Positions 40,501 to 49,711 of a DNA stretch of 64,000 bases are shown here, one piece after another (positions within the stretch are counted from its first letter, which is position 1; each line of letters begins with the position of its first letter). The translations under genes were made by a program, and so were the position numbers. This DNA is from an uncultured Marinobacter sp. (GTDB taxonomy: Bacteria; Pseudomonadota; Gammaproteobacteria; Pseudomonadales; Oleiphilaceae), in assembly GCA_964632565.1 (NCBI GenBank), contig CAZWEP010000003.1, forward strand, positions 3,845 through 67,844. The letters are read 5' to 3'. Below the pieces are notes generated by a model. The model did no database searches, was not told where the DNA came from, and was given only the letters and a program-made list of their open reading frames with translations.

Positions 40501-41344
40501 TCTCAACATCGTGTTTCGGAAAGGCGATTTGAAAGTGAGTGGGGAGATCGCCGTACCCCGTGGCGACATAGAGGTGACTGCTTTGCCGGAACAGGCGGTT
40601 TCGGTGTCGGAAGATGAGGTGCTGGTCGATGTGGAACCCGAGCAACCAGCGCTGCGCTCCGTCAATATGGACGTGAAAGTGGTCGTGGGTGAAGATGAGG
40701 TGAATTTCAATGGATTTGGTGTGACCGGTGACCTCGAGGGCACAATCAGAATTGGCGACAATCTGGACACTCGTGGTGCATTGCAATTAGTGAACGGCAC
40801 CTACAAGAAATACGGTCAGGACCTTGAGCTGAGGCGGGCCAGATTGGTCTTCACCGGCCCTCTTAGTGAGCCCTACCTTGACGTTGAAGCCATTCGCACG
40901 GTCGATACGGTTGTAGCCGGTATTCGATTGACCGGGCCGGTGAGCGAACCCAATACCGAAGTATTTTCAGAGCCGGAAATGCCCCAGACAGATGCGTTGT
41001 CTTACCTGATTCTGGGGCGTCCGCCACAGAGTCAGGGTGATGAGAATGCCATGCGGAACGCGGCGATCTCGCTGGGGTTAAAGCAGGCCAGCAAGGTAAC
41101 CAAGGGGCTCGGTGAGGAACTGGGCATTCGCGACCTGTCGCTGCAGGCAGAGGGTTCGGGCAATGAGGCTTCTGTCGTGGCCAGTGGTTATCTGACCGAG
41201 GATCTCAGTCTGCGTTACGGCGTAGGGCTGTTTGAGCCGATCACGACCGTAGCACTTCGATACGATCTGGGGCGCTACTTCTATCTGGAGGCCGCCAGTG
41301 GTCTGGCGGCCTCACTGGACCTCTTCTATACCAGGGATTTCTGA
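37583..41344 (+). CDS. tamB: Translocation and assembly module TamB
   Basis: N-terminal TM anchor, beta-rich body, DUF490 C-terminus (YGQDL, ALSYLILGR, LRYGVGLF, DLFYTRDF); ATGA overlap with tamA. Confidence 0.93.
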   Translation: MTQPEQDKATEQSPPPRQPRRVRFWLFTLFAVVILVPLVLLLGVLLALRSETGTAWVIEQVPGLHVENGRGSLLGRWYANSLSWRGFGVGVHLRSPLVDWSPSCLAELQFCLETLEAESVTIETQQTATEEKTSSPVTLPELQLPIGLAIRSVDVGKTTLNQTLLWNRLTISAESSGSDWTLANLSVRRDSLALTASGWFQTRRDWPLDLNVQLDLPPQQERPWAVDLDLSGSVRDMLLRGQSSGYLAADLSGRLEPLDEALPAQLQIDIPEFLASEALPPTLTLTGTDVVIKGSLAEGFKTNLTAQLPGREGLIDLGLDGVVTTSGVEGIDLRLIGKGTGDASAGRVSVTGELSWEEALSLDAQLVLDAFPWHHLIPDVEPPPVTLDRFTADLLYEDGTYSATFDAAVNGPMGPAELASMIEGDLEQLKLRELKVKSGAGFMGGNASLNFANEVRWQADLNLSQFNPGYWIPQLQASLDGTVTSQGRLPQDAAPDISAQWDLEGQWRSSPAELQGSVRQQDAQITLRNLSVLIGENRVSGSGAWGPQLDGQFAIDLQQPSVLMPGLSGALQGELSVSGTRQRPQGSVNLSGEALGWQDQVSVQRLKVAGTLKEDGKVDAELAAETLKSAGEVLESLDLKLSGSQDRHRLTVNAQHKEATVELAFAGAASEAWTAWEGQLSRGAIDVVSQKQSWRLSEPADLNYSESGALTFGDHCWRWDQASVCAGDQTLLPNQRLDYKIRNFPTAALSPLMPEPLRWDTTLNADIQLDVLPQGPKGAIQVDAGSGKFSVLNGEDWEDFNYDTLTAGATFQPEEATISANVSGPRLGDLNAELSIDPTTKKREVEGNFSVDGLDVAIAAVFAKLEKVQGKLNGSGRITGPLMKPQVIGELALTDGLVSDPSLPLPLEDVVLNVDLQGYAAELDAKWTSNARSKGQLDGTIDWESDPAIDLTLTGERLPFNYDPYAQVELAPDLNIVFRKGDLKVSGEIAVPRGDIEVTALPEQAVSVSEDEVLVDVEPEQPALRSVNMDVKVVVGEDEVNFNGFGVTGDLEGTIRIGDNLDTRGALQLVNGTYKKYGQDLELRRARLVFTGPLSEPYLDVEAIRTVDTVVAGIRLTGPVSEPNTEVFSEPEMPQTDALSYLILGRPPQSQGDENAMRNAAISLGLKQASKVTKGLGEELGIRDLSLQAEGSGNEASVVASGYLTEDLSLRYGVGLFEPITTVALRYDLGRYFYLEAASGLAASLDLFYTRDF

Positions 41345-41353
41345 ACCCCGGGG

Positions 41354-42034
41354 CTATTCGAGTTCGAAGGTCGCGTTGACCGACACTTCCACTTCCCGCG
41401 GGCCAACGCTGTCGACTGCCCCAGAGGAAGCCCGCATTTCTGCCATCATGGGCCTGGGCTGATGATGGTCACCAACTGAAATTGAAACGACGTCACCACA
41501 GCGCTGATCCAGTTGCCTGGCCACAAACTCGCAGCGTGCCTTGGCGTCTTCTATCGCGCCGGCCAGTGCCTGACGGCGAAACTCGGATTCCCTGGAGTGA
41601 AAAAACTGGTCCGGTCCCAGTCGATATTCCAGGCCAAGGGCCTGAATCTGCTCAATCACCGAATTCAGGAGCGACAGATCGTTCATACTGAAGCTGATGG
41701 TTTGTCTGGCGACTGACCGGGACACCGGTTTTTGCTCACGATCCGGAGAGGGAAGTGAGCGGGTGTACTGAGACAGCGATGCGTCACTGTAATCGTTCAG
41801 CGACTGCCTGAAAGGTTCGATTCGCTCACGCCACTGCTCCAAAGTTTTATTGACCTTCTGAACGGCCGCTCTCGGGGTTGCCTCTTCGGCGGAAGCGGTC
41901 AGCTGCATGCGAACGCTGTCCGGTGCATAACTCACAGATGCACTTCCAGATAGGCTGACCTCTCCGGCAAAAGAGGTCATTGGAAGTAGTGCCAGAAGAC
42001 CCACGCAAAGAGTCTTTGTTGAAAGTCTGAACAT
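41354..42034 (-). CDS. SIMPL/DUF541 family periplasmic protein
   Basis: Signal peptide, VSLSGSASVSYAPD, ALAGAIEDAKAR, VEVSVNATFEL. Confidence 0.85.
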   Translation of the reverse strand: MFRLSTKTLCVGLLALLPMTSFAGEVSLSGSASVSYAPDSVRMQLTASAEEATPRAAVQKVNKTLEQWRERIEPFRQSLNDYSDASLSQYTRSLPSPDREQKPVSRSVARQTISFSMNDLSLLNSVIEQIQALGLEYRLGPDQFFHSRESEFRRQALAGAIEDAKARCEFVARQLDQRCGDVVSISVGDHHQPRPMMAEMRASSGAVDSVGPREVEVSVNATFELE

Positions 42035-42046
42035 AATGTTGGGTTC

Positions 42047-42778
42047 CTAGTTGTCGGCGTTCTGATTTTCGAGGCGCTCAAGTTTTCTTTTTTCGGCGGC
42101 TTCCACAAGGTGACCAAAGATGCGCCGGTGCCCCCCATGGTATAGCAGATATTCCGGATGCCACTGAACTCCCATCAACCACTGTCCGGTAGTGTTTTCA
42201 ATTGCCTGTACAAACAAGTCATTATCCACGGCAACGACACGCAGATTCTTCCCCAGCCGCTTGATGGCCTGACTGTGGATCCGATTCGCCCCGATAAGCG
42301 GGCCGTGCATCAGATTGCGCACCCGGCTGTCGTTGACCAGCCTGACCCTCTGCAACGGCAGCAGGAGAGGGCGGTGACGAGTGTGACGGCGCAGCGGTGT
42401 CACGTTTTGGCACAGTGAGCCGCCACGGAAAATATTAATGAACTGGGCGCCGCGACAAATACCGAGAACGGGAAGTCCAAGTTCTTCTGCCCTGGAGAGC
42501 AGTTTGAAGTCCGTGTCGTCTCGTTTTGGATCGTAGCGGGCAGTCACCTGAGGCTGCTGCCCGTAATGCTCGGGATGAACATGGGTGCCTCCGGACAATA
42601 CAAGGCCATCCAGCAGAGAAACATCGACCTTGGCACCGGGCCGGATGTAGTGGGTCCGGGCACCGTGTAACCTCAGAGCGAAATAGATCAGTCGTTGCGC
42701 GAACGAGCGCCGGGCAGGACCACTGATACCAATGGTCAGTCCAGGATGTTCTATTTCAGGAGTCTCCGCTTCAGACAT
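42047..42778 (-). CDS. Class I glutamine amidotransferase / peptidase C26 (PuuD-like)
   Basis: DGLVLSGG, PVLGICRGAQ (Cys), HSQA, GVQWHPE (His-Glu). Confidence 0.9.
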   Translation of the reverse strand: MSEAETPEIEHPGLTIGISGPARRSFAQRLIYFALRLHGARTHYIRPGAKVDVSLLDGLVLSGGTHVHPEHYGQQPQVTARYDPKRDDTDFKLLSRAEELGLPVLGICRGAQFINIFRGGSLCQNVTPLRRHTRHRPLLLPLQRVRLVNDSRVRNLMHGPLIGANRIHSQAIKRLGKNLRVVAVDNDLFVQAIENTTGQWLMGVQWHPEYLLYHGGHRRIFGHLVEAAEKRKLERLENQNADN

Positions 42779-43766
42779 AGTTTCGCTGATGTAACCAGGC
42801 TTCAACTGTTTCAAGCCAGCTGTGTGTGAGGTTGTGCAGACTGATTTTCCGGCTGTTCCGGAATTCATTCACCAGATCGACAAGGTCCTCTGCATTTGCC
42901 GCCAGTTGCTCGAGAACCACCCAATCATTCCATACCGAGGAGAAGTGCCAGTGAGGGTTGTCTATGTCGCAGTCTGGAAGACGATAGTGCAGGGTTGGGC
43001 GACTTTTGATCCGTTCATCGTAGACATGTCGGCTCAACAGACTGCTGTCAATGTGCGCAAACAGCGGGAGCAGATCAAGTGCCTTGTTTCGCGTCGGATT
43101 GTGATGCAGGTAGTCCTCCATCAATTGCGTGATATCCGGCGAATAATCCGGGGAAATGATGAGGTCGATATAGGCACTGCTCCAGGGTTCGATGTAGGTC
43201 GTCAGCTTGCGACTGAAATCGATCTGGTGCTTCTCTTTCAACCACTCATAAAGCGCGGCGAAGCCCCTCAGATATCGAAGTATCGTGGAGGCAGCGAGGT
43301 CTGGCAGCTCCGGGTTGAGTTGAAGACCGAACGCGTAATAGATGGCTTCCTGGCTTCCCAGCGCACCGGCTTCGCGGAGCTGATCGCACAATCGCTCTAC
43401 CGTTTCCAGTTTGCTGAACGGAAGTGGCGGGCTGACAATCTCGAGCGGAACGATTTTTTCCGCAGCCGCGTCAATCACGCTCATGGCGTGTCCGCCCAAC
43501 TCCCTGACCGTTTCAGGCAAACGTGAGTCCTGAAGATCGAGATCTTTGATTGGATCGGAATCCAATTCGATGGTGAAGGCTCCGAGATCTGTCGTCACCT
43601 CGGACACATAGCGCGAAACTGGCGCACTGCTTCCCTTCAATAGCTTTGCACAAAGCTCCACCAATTCATCGTAACCAAGGCCAGAGAGCTCTACTTCAAC
43701 GCCTACCTGGCGCTCTTTGCCTTCCTGGGTGTTCATGATGTCGGGCATTCGGCATCGTTCACTCAT
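42771..43766 (-). CDS. Amidoligase_2 family (COOH-NH2 ligase fold) protein
   Basis: VGVEVELSG (ExE), PLEIVSPP, AFGLQLNPE, NPTRN, RPTLHYRLP; stop overlaps the GATase start. Confidence 0.82.
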   Translation of the reverse strand: MSERCRMPDIMNTQEGKERQVGVEVELSGLGYDELVELCAKLLKGSSAPVSRYVSEVTTDLGAFTIELDSDPIKDLDLQDSRLPETVRELGGHAMSVIDAAAEKIVPLEIVSPPLPFSKLETVERLCDQLREAGALGSQEAIYYAFGLQLNPELPDLAASTILRYLRGFAALYEWLKEKHQIDFSRKLTTYIEPWSSAYIDLIISPDYSPDITQLMEDYLHHNPTRNKALDLLPLFAHIDSSLLSRHVYDERIKSRPTLHYRLPDCDIDNPHWHFSSVWNDWVVLEQLAANAEDLVDLVNEFRNSRKISLHNLTHSWLETVEAWLHQRNYV

Positions 43767-43910
43767 TCTTGCGCCTCTTCAGGGGATTGTACCTGACCAT
43801 AACACACCAGGACGTGGTGAAGGCGCGGGCGAACAGGGATATCCGCTTTGAAACTAAAAAATTCACACATCGGCTTTACACTGGATGAAACACTGTATAT
43901 AGTCATTTTA

Positions 43911-43926
43911 CTGTATATAAAAACAG
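43911..43926. promoter_or_regulatory. LexA (SOS) box of lexA
   Basis: CTGTATATAAAAACAG, near-consensus CTG-N10-CAG, 19 bp before the lexA ATG. Confidence 0.93.
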
Positions 43927-43945
43927 TCACACTCGGGGCAACCAA

Positions 43946-44557
43946 ATGAAGCTGACCGCTAGGCAAACACAGGTTTTGGACATCATTCGCCGATACGTTG
44001 ATGAAACGGGATATCCCCCCACTCGCGCGGAAATCGCTGCAGAGCTCGGGTTCCGTTCAGCCAACGCGGCTGAAGAGCATCTCAGGGCCCTGGCCCGCAA
44101 AGGTGCGATTGAAATGGTGCCGGGAGCCAGTCGCGGTATTCGGTTGCCGGAGGCAGAAGAGGATCTGGGTTTGCCGGTGATTGGTCAGGTGGCCGCGGGT
44201 AGCCCGATCCTTGCGCAAGAACACATTGAAGATCATTGCACCGTCAGCCCGGAGTTCTTTTCGCCGTCGGCCGATTATCTGCTGAGGGTACGCGGCATGA
44301 GTATGAAAGACATCGGCATTCTGGATGGTGACCTGTTGGCGGTTCATCGCACGCAAGATGTCCATAACGGACAAGTCGTGGTCGCTCGGGTCGGCGAGGA
44401 TGAAGTCACCGTGAAACGGTTTCGCAAAGAAGGTTCGAAAGTATTCCTCATCGCAGAAAATGAGGAATTTGCTCCGATCGAAGTGGATTTGGCCGAACAA
44501 GAGCTCTTCATCGAAGGGTTGGGTGTCGGAGTCATTCGCAGATCGGACCTTCATTGA
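43946..44557 (+). CDS. lexA: SOS repressor LexA
   Basis: [22 protein letters not shown] cleavage site, GMSM (Ser), VTVKR (Lys). Confidence 0.98.
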   Translation: MKLTARQTQVLDIIRRYVDETGYPPTRAEIAAELGFRSANAAEEHLRALARKGAIEMVPGASRGIRLPEAEEDLGLPVIGQVAAGSPILAQEHIEDHCTVSPEFFSPSADYLLRVRGMSMKDIGILDGDLLAVHRTQDVHNGQVVVARVGEDEVTVKRFRKEGSKVFLIAENEEFAPIEVDLAEQELFIEGLGVGVIRRSDLH

Positions 44558-44627
44558 GCTTTGGGCGACGCCCTTGCTCCGTGATGGACTTTAAATTCAG
44601 GCAGTTTGATGGCACGTGAGGCGCTCT

Positions 44628-45137
44628 ATGGAACAGCTTAGCTTTAATCAGAATTTGGCTTACGTACAGGCTGGCTTCCCGGATGTCCAATCCGGACAAG
44701 GAGGTTCGGCTGTGCGGCGTTCCATGGCCCATGCACCTGCTCAGCGCGCATCCAAGGCTTCGAAAGGGTCAAATGCGGCGGTTGAAGGAAATGTCACGGA
44801 AATTATCCTTCCAGAAGGTCAGATAGAGAACTTTCAGCTTTTGCTGCCGATGCTCACCCAGTTGAATCAGGAAAAGCGTTGGTTGGCGTGGATTGATCCG
44901 CCTCAGAGCCTGGTCAGTAAGTGGCAGAAAATGCGGGGCATCGTTGCAGGGGAGTTGCTGGTGTTAAGGTCCACGGCTGAGTACCCGGCAGGGGAGCTCG
45001 CCGAGCGTGCCCTGAGCGCAGGTACTTGCCATGCAGTGGTAATGTGGACGCGTAAACTCAGCCGCAGCTCGCTAAGTGCCCTTGAACAAGCGTCAGCCAA
45101 AGGTAACAGCCACGGCGTGGTTTTGCGCCAGCGCTAG
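44628..45137 (+). CDS. sulA: SulA-like cell division inhibitor
   Basis: Directly after lexA; LLLPMLTQL..RWLAWIDPP, ERALSAGTCHAVVMW. Confidence 0.8.
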   Translation: MEQLSFNQNLAYVQAGFPDVQSGQGGSAVRRSMAHAPAQRASKASKGSNAAVEGNVTEIILPEGQIENFQLLLPMLTQLNQEKRWLAWIDPPQSLVSKWQKMRGIVAGELLVLRSTAEYPAGELAERALSAGTCHAVVMWTRKLSRSSLSALEQASAKGNSHGVVLRQR

Positions 45138-45140
45138 AAA

Positions 45141-45401
45141 CTAGTGAATGGTGTATGAGGGCTGGGCGTCGGCAATGTCCAGCTCGTCCTCTTCCAGATC
45201 AATGTCGTGGGTCACATTGCCGGCAGCTTCAATGCCCGCTGCGATCATTGCTTTCGCGACGGCCATATCCCGATCTTCCATCATTTCACGTGCTTCAGAT
45301 GAAAAAGAGATTTTGACCAACGGAGCGCTTTCGTCGTCAACACGGCGCAATGCAAAATCGCCATTGCTTAGCTGTACTATTTCGTAAAACGAAGGTGACA
45401 T
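45141..45401 (-). CDS. Small acidic conserved hypothetical protein
   Basis: MSPSFYEIVQL..GDFALRR..PLVKISFS..VAKAMIAAG; same position as the small gene after sulA in pseudomonads (from recall). Confidence 0.75.
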   Translation of the reverse strand: MSPSFYEIVQLSNGDFALRRVDDESAPLVKISFSSEAREMMEDRDMAVAKAMIAAGIEAAGNVTHDIDLEEDELDIADAQPSYTIH

Positions 45402-45444
45402 GTTTATAGCCTTTCTGTTCAATTCTTGAAGAGCGTCTGGAAAG

Positions 45445-45921
45445 CTACCACTCGCTGTGACGGTCCTCGAGAACGTCCATAAATTGTTTCATTTCCTGCA
45501 GCGCTGAAATCAGTGCACCTGGCGTTCGATCCGGTCCTGTGTCAGCGGCTACCGCAATGATGTTGTCTTCACTGACGGTTTTCTTCGGAGCAGCGGGGCG
45601 GCTCAGATATCCCTCCAACTGGCCGATGTAAGACCACCAGTTTCCGGATTTCGCCTCCAGCTCCATGAGTTCGCAGACCTCTGGCGTGTCAGGACTCAGA
45701 GCCGATGCAAGAGCATCAATCGACTGCGGTTCCGAGAGTTTGTCCTGATAGAATCGGGCAATCATAACCAGAAGCAGTTGGCGCGATCTCAGTGCAAGCT
45801 CTGCGGCGCCTTGCCAAAGCGCTTCCTGAACGGGTGTCGATTCCGTATGCCTGCTCTGGTCCAGCAATGTTTTCGCTAGGAAAATTTTCCGGGAAATCAG
45901 TGAATGCCACTGCGATGCCAT
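45445..45921 (-). CDS. Conserved hypothetical protein (DUF6586-like)
   Basis: 158-aa ORF ending RHSEW; position next to lexA-sulA. Confidence 0.65.
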   Translation of the reverse strand: MASQWHSLISRKIFLAKTLLDQSRHTESTPVQEALWQGAAELALRSRQLLLVMIARFYQDKLSEPQSIDALASALSPDTPEVCELMELEAKSGNWWSYIGQLEGYLSRPAAPKKTVSEDNIIAVAADTGPDRTPGALISALQEMKQFMDVLEDRHSEW

Positions 45922-46170
45922 CGTCTACCTGCTGCAACGGGTTTTGACGCACTCTGCGCGCCATATAAGCCAAAGCCCTACTGTATCATTTTTCGCTTCA
46001 AATTTCTTCACTTTGATCACCGCGCCAGCGGTCACAATAAAAAACAAACAGTCACTTGAAACGGGCGTTTGAATTTGGCAAAAAGGCAGGTGGAATATAC
46101 CGCAACAGCAGAAACCGGCCAGCCGGGGTTCGTTGATTGCCGAGATTTGGTTCAGTGGAGGTAACAGGGA

Positions 46171-47529
46171 ATGCGTAATCAGTGGATCGCCGGATTTACA
46201 GCATTGTTCGTCGGCATGTTTGGCACCGTTCACGCGAAAGTATCGGAGACCGAAGCCCAGCGTCTCGACAATGAGCTGACACCGGTCGGCGCCGTAAGAA
46301 GTGGTAACCCGTCTGGAACCATTCCAGCCTGGGATGGGGGGCTGGCATCGGCGCCGGACAATTGGAAGCCGGGTCAGGTCGAGATCAATCCGTTCCCGCA
46401 AGATGAACCGCTTTTCGTCATTCATCAGGGAAATGTGGATCTCTACCGTGACAAGCTGACAGATGGCCACGTTCGAATGATCGAACAGTATGGTCCCGAT
46501 TTCGTCATGCCGATCTATCAGACCAGGCGATCAGCAGCGTTCCCCGAGGACGTGTACGAGAAATCTCGTCAGAATGCGCGCACTGCAGAGTTGCTCAGCA
46601 ACGGTAATGGTGTCCGCGATACGATCATGACGAGCCCGTTCCCGATCCCAAAAGACGGCCTCGAAGTGATCTGGAACCATGTACTCCGCTATCGGGGAGA
46701 CGAAGTGTCGTTCCGTAGCGCTTCGGCCACGCCGCAGACGAGTGGGTCCTACAATGAGGTGGTGAATCAATACGACTATTTCATCGCCTACAGTCGTCGA
46801 GGCGCAAATCTCGCCGACATCGACAATAAGATTTTTTACCTGAAAACGGACACCATCGCGCCTTCCAGTCTGGCGGGAACCATCACACTGGTGCACGAAA
46901 CCCTGGATCAGATCCGCTCTCCGCGTCTTGCCTGGCGTTACGACGCCGGTTCCAGACGGCTGCGTCGTTCGCCGAATCTTGCTTACGAAACGGACCTGCC
47001 AAACTCGTCTTCACTGCGCTCAGTAGACCAGAAAGACATGTACAACGGCGCGCCGAACCAATACGACTGGACGCTAAAGGGCAAGCGTGAAATTTACGTT
47101 CCCTACAATGCCTACAAGCTCCACGACAGTGAGGTTCGTCCGGACGACGTTATTCGCCCGCAGCACATCAATCAGTCTCTTGCCCGTTACGAGCTGCATC
47201 GGGTCTGGGTTGTTGAAGCAACCTTACGGACTGGAATCAGTCACATATACGCTCGCAGGGTGTTCTATGTCGATGAAGACAGCTGGCAAGTGCTTGCAAC
47301 GGAAGAGTACGACAAGTCTGGCGAACTCTGGCGCGTTTCCGAGGCTCATAACATCAGTTTTTACAGTGAGCCGGTTTTCTGGACTACCATGGAAATGACT
47401 TACGATCTGAATGCCGAACGCTACTACATTGATGGTCTCGACAATGGATACCCGGCCTATGATTTCAATCCGGGTTTCAGAAGCAATGAGTTCTCTGCAT
47501 CCGCAGCTCGAAGGGATGCCCGTCGCTGA
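46171..47529 (+). CDS. DUF1329 family periplasmic (LolA-like) protein
   Basis: Signal peptide, LTPVGA..SGN..GTIPAWDGG, PFPIPKDGLEVIWNH, RYELHRVWVVEA, YVDEDSW. Confidence 0.9.
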   Translation: MRNQWIAGFTALFVGMFGTVHAKVSETEAQRLDNELTPVGAVRSGNPSGTIPAWDGGLASAPDNWKPGQVEINPFPQDEPLFVIHQGNVDLYRDKLTDGHVRMIEQYGPDFVMPIYQTRRSAAFPEDVYEKSRQNARTAELLSNGNGVRDTIMTSPFPIPKDGLEVIWNHVLRYRGDEVSFRSASATPQTSGSYNEVVNQYDYFIAYSRRGANLADIDNKIFYLKTDTIAPSSLAGTITLVHETLDQIRSPRLAWRYDAGSRRLRRSPNLAYETDLPNSSSLRSVDQKDMYNGAPNQYDWTLKGKREIYVPYNAYKLHDSEVRPDDVIRPQHINQSLARYELHRVWVVEATLRTGISHIYARRVFYVDEDSWQVLATEEYDKSGELWRVSEAHNISFYSEPVFWTTMEMTYDLNAERYYIDGLDNGYPAYDFNPGFRSNEFSASAARRDARR

Positions 47530-47639
47530 TTTTCACTGACGATACAAATTAAGTGCGCAGGGCTGGCCCCTTGACTATTCTGGTGGCTGGCCTGTTTCAC
47601 TTCTGTCAGGCTGTTGGTTTGAAATGGAGATGCATCACC

Positions 47640-47963
47640 ATGTCTGAGGAAATGCTGGCAGCGCTCGATACCCTTCTGGACCATCTCAGAACTGCGTTGA
47701 AAGAAAAGAACTGGGATGAGCTCTCCCGGTTGAACCAGTTAGTGAAACCGACCGTGGATCCGATGATGAGGGCCGTTGAGGCAGGCGAGTTGGACGCGGC
47801 GCCTCTCAGACACAGGTTGTCAGAGTTACAAACCTTTTGTGATCGTGCCAATATTTCGGCGAAAGAGGCCAAGGCGGAGGCCAAGGCCGCTCTTGCCGGG
47901 GTTGATCAAAATCGCAAGGCCGCCAGGGCCTATCAGAACGTATCCTCCAATCCGCAAAAATAG
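47640..47963 (+). CDS. FliT/FleP-like helical flagellar chaperone (putative)
   Basis: 107-aa helical ORF with NWDEL motif and KAARAY C-terminus, immediately upstream of fleQ. Confidence 0.55.
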   Translation: MSEEMLAALDTLLDHLRTALKEKNWDELSRLNQLVKPTVDPMMRAVEAGELDAAPLRHRLSELQTFCDRANISAKEAKAEAKAALAGVDQNRKAARAYQNVSSNPQK

Positions 47964-47964
47964 C

Positions 47965-47978
47965 GTCATAAAATTGAC
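47965..47978. promoter_or_regulatory. FleQ-box overlapping the probable fleQ -35 element
   Basis: GTCATAAAATTGAC versus Pseudomonas FleQ consensus GTCaNTAAAtTGAC; TTGACT at 47974-47979. Confidence 0.65.
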
Positions 47979-48036
47979 TCCCGGCCCCATTCAGTCTTAA
48001 ATACCGCAGAAATATCCCCGCAAGAGATTCGACTGA

Positions 48037-49482
48037 ATGTCTAAAAATAACAAAGTGCTGGTGTTCTGCGAGGACGAATCCAGAAGGCGTGATACCACCA
48101 CCATACTTGAGTTTATCGGTGAAGAACACGTTGTCGCCGGTGACGAAGCCGTCGCCCACCTCAAGGACTCTGAAGCACTCGAAGAAGCCTCTGTCGCCAT
48201 TCTCGATGGTGAGGATGATTCAGTTGGGGATCGCATTGCCTCAATTTGCGACGCGACCCGTGGATTGCCGATTCTGATGCTGGGCGATCCGGATTTATCG
48301 GGGTTGCCGGAAGAACAATCTGGCCGCGTGATTTCCCGCCTGGAATGGCCGCTGAGCTACAACAAGTTCGTTGACTCTCTCTATCGGGCGCAGATTTTCC
48401 GTGACCAGTTCGCACGTCATCAGGAGCGCGGCCAGCAACGTGGGTTGCAGTTATTTCGTAGCCTTGTCGGCACCAGCCGCAACGTGCAGTCAGTTCGACA
48501 GCTGATGGAGCAGGTGGCTGATAAAGATGTCAGTGTTCTGATCACTGGAGAGTCCGGCACGGGCAAGGAAGTGGTCGCCCGTAATCTTCACTATCATTCT
48601 ACCCGACGCGACAAGCCTTTTGTTCCTGTTAACTGCGGAGCCATTCCGGCAGAACTCCTCGAAAGCGAGCTTTTTGGCCACGAAAAAGGCGCTTTCACCG
48701 GTGCCATCACGGCGCGCGTTGGACGGTTTGAGATGGCGGAGGGCGGCACTCTGTTCCTGGATGAGATCGGCGATATGCCGCTCAATATGCAGGTGAAGAT
48801 TCTTCGTGTTTTGCAGGAGCGGACCTTCGAAAAGGTAGGCAGCAACCGGACCCAGTCTGCGGACGTGAGAGTGATTGCAGCAACGCACAAGCACCTCGAG
48901 GACATGATCGAAAGCGGCGACTTCCGCGAGGATCTCTACTACCGATTGAATGTGTTTCCTATCGAAATGCCAGCACTGCGCGAGCGGGTGGAAGATATTC
49001 CATTGCTCATTAACGAACTGATTTCCCGCATGGAAAAAGAAAAGCGTGGCTCTTTGAGGCTGAACTCTGCAGCGATCATGAGCCTTTGCCATCATGACTG
49101 GCCGGGAAATGTTCGAGAACTGGCAAACCTCGTAGAGCGTTTGGCCATCATGCATCCCTATGGCGTGATTGGAGTTCAGGAACTGCCCAAAAAGTTCCGA
49201 TACGTCGATGACTATGACGAGAACCGGCCCGTTGAAGATTCCGGTATGCCCGTGGGGATACCAGGGCTGGTCGGTCTGGATGCGCCGGCGTTGCTTCCGG
49301 TGAACGGCATCGATCTAAAAGACTATTTGTCCAATCTTGAGAAACAGCTGATCCAGCAAGCTCTGGATGAATCTGGTGGTGTGGTTGCCCGTGCAGCTGA
49401 AAAGCTGCGTATCCGGCGTACGACGCTGGTGGAGAAGGTCCGAAAATACGGCCTTAGGGAAGAGGAGTCTGAAGAGTCCTGA
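48037..49482 (+). CDS. fleQ: Flagellar master regulator FleQ/FlrA (sigma54 activator)
   Basis: [30 protein letters not shown]-terminal [11 protein letters not shown]; precedes fleSR. Confidence 0.95.
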   Translation: MSKNNKVLVFCEDESRRRDTTTILEFIGEEHVVAGDEAVAHLKDSEALEEASVAILDGEDDSVGDRIASICDATRGLPILMLGDPDLSGLPEEQSGRVISRLEWPLSYNKFVDSLYRAQIFRDQFARHQERGQQRGLQLFRSLVGTSRNVQSVRQLMEQVADKDVSVLITGESGTGKEVVARNLHYHSTRRDKPFVPVNCGAIPAELLESELFGHEKGAFTGAITARVGRFEMAEGGTLFLDEIGDMPLNMQVKILRVLQERTFEKVGSNRTQSADVRVIAATHKHLEDMIESGDFREDLYYRLNVFPIEMPALRERVEDIPLLINELISRMEKEKRGSLRLNSAAIMSLCHHDWPGNVRELANLVERLAIMHPYGVIGVQELPKKFRYVDDYDENRPVEDSGMPVGIPGLVGLDAPALLPVNGIDLKDYLSNLEKQLIQQALDESGGVVARAAEKLRIRRTTLVEKVRKYGLREEESEES

Positions 49483-49619
49483 AGCGGATGACTCGGGCAT
49501 GATGGAGGCGTCAAAGGTTTGTTATCTTTGGCGCCTTCGTTCTATCTACACGACGGAAACCCGTCATGCTTTGCGCGCTTAAATTTCCTACCCATTGATA
49601 AATATAGAAAAAAATAAAC

Positions 49620-49635
49620 TGGCACAGTACTCGCT
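49620..49635 (+). promoter_or_regulatory. Sigma54 promoter of fleSR
   Basis: TGGCAC-AGTAC-TCGCT (GG-N10-GC); IHF-like site at 49588-49600 and FleQ-like box at 49510-49523 upstream. Confidence 0.8.
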
Positions 49636-49711
49636 TTTGACTGCTGAAAACCGGAAATGATCCATCCGATTGGTCCGTGTCCCGACAAGGGGCCGGTCAG
49701 AGGGCGAGTAT

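Noticed and set aside
43881-43908. Additional full SOS boxes upstream of lexA
   Set aside because: Only half-sites; spacing does not give CTG-N10-CAG, so not listed as features
45925-46470. 181-aa minus-strand ORF upstream of the DUF6586-like gene
   Set aside because: Overlaps DUF1329 antisense, has atypical composition and no motif
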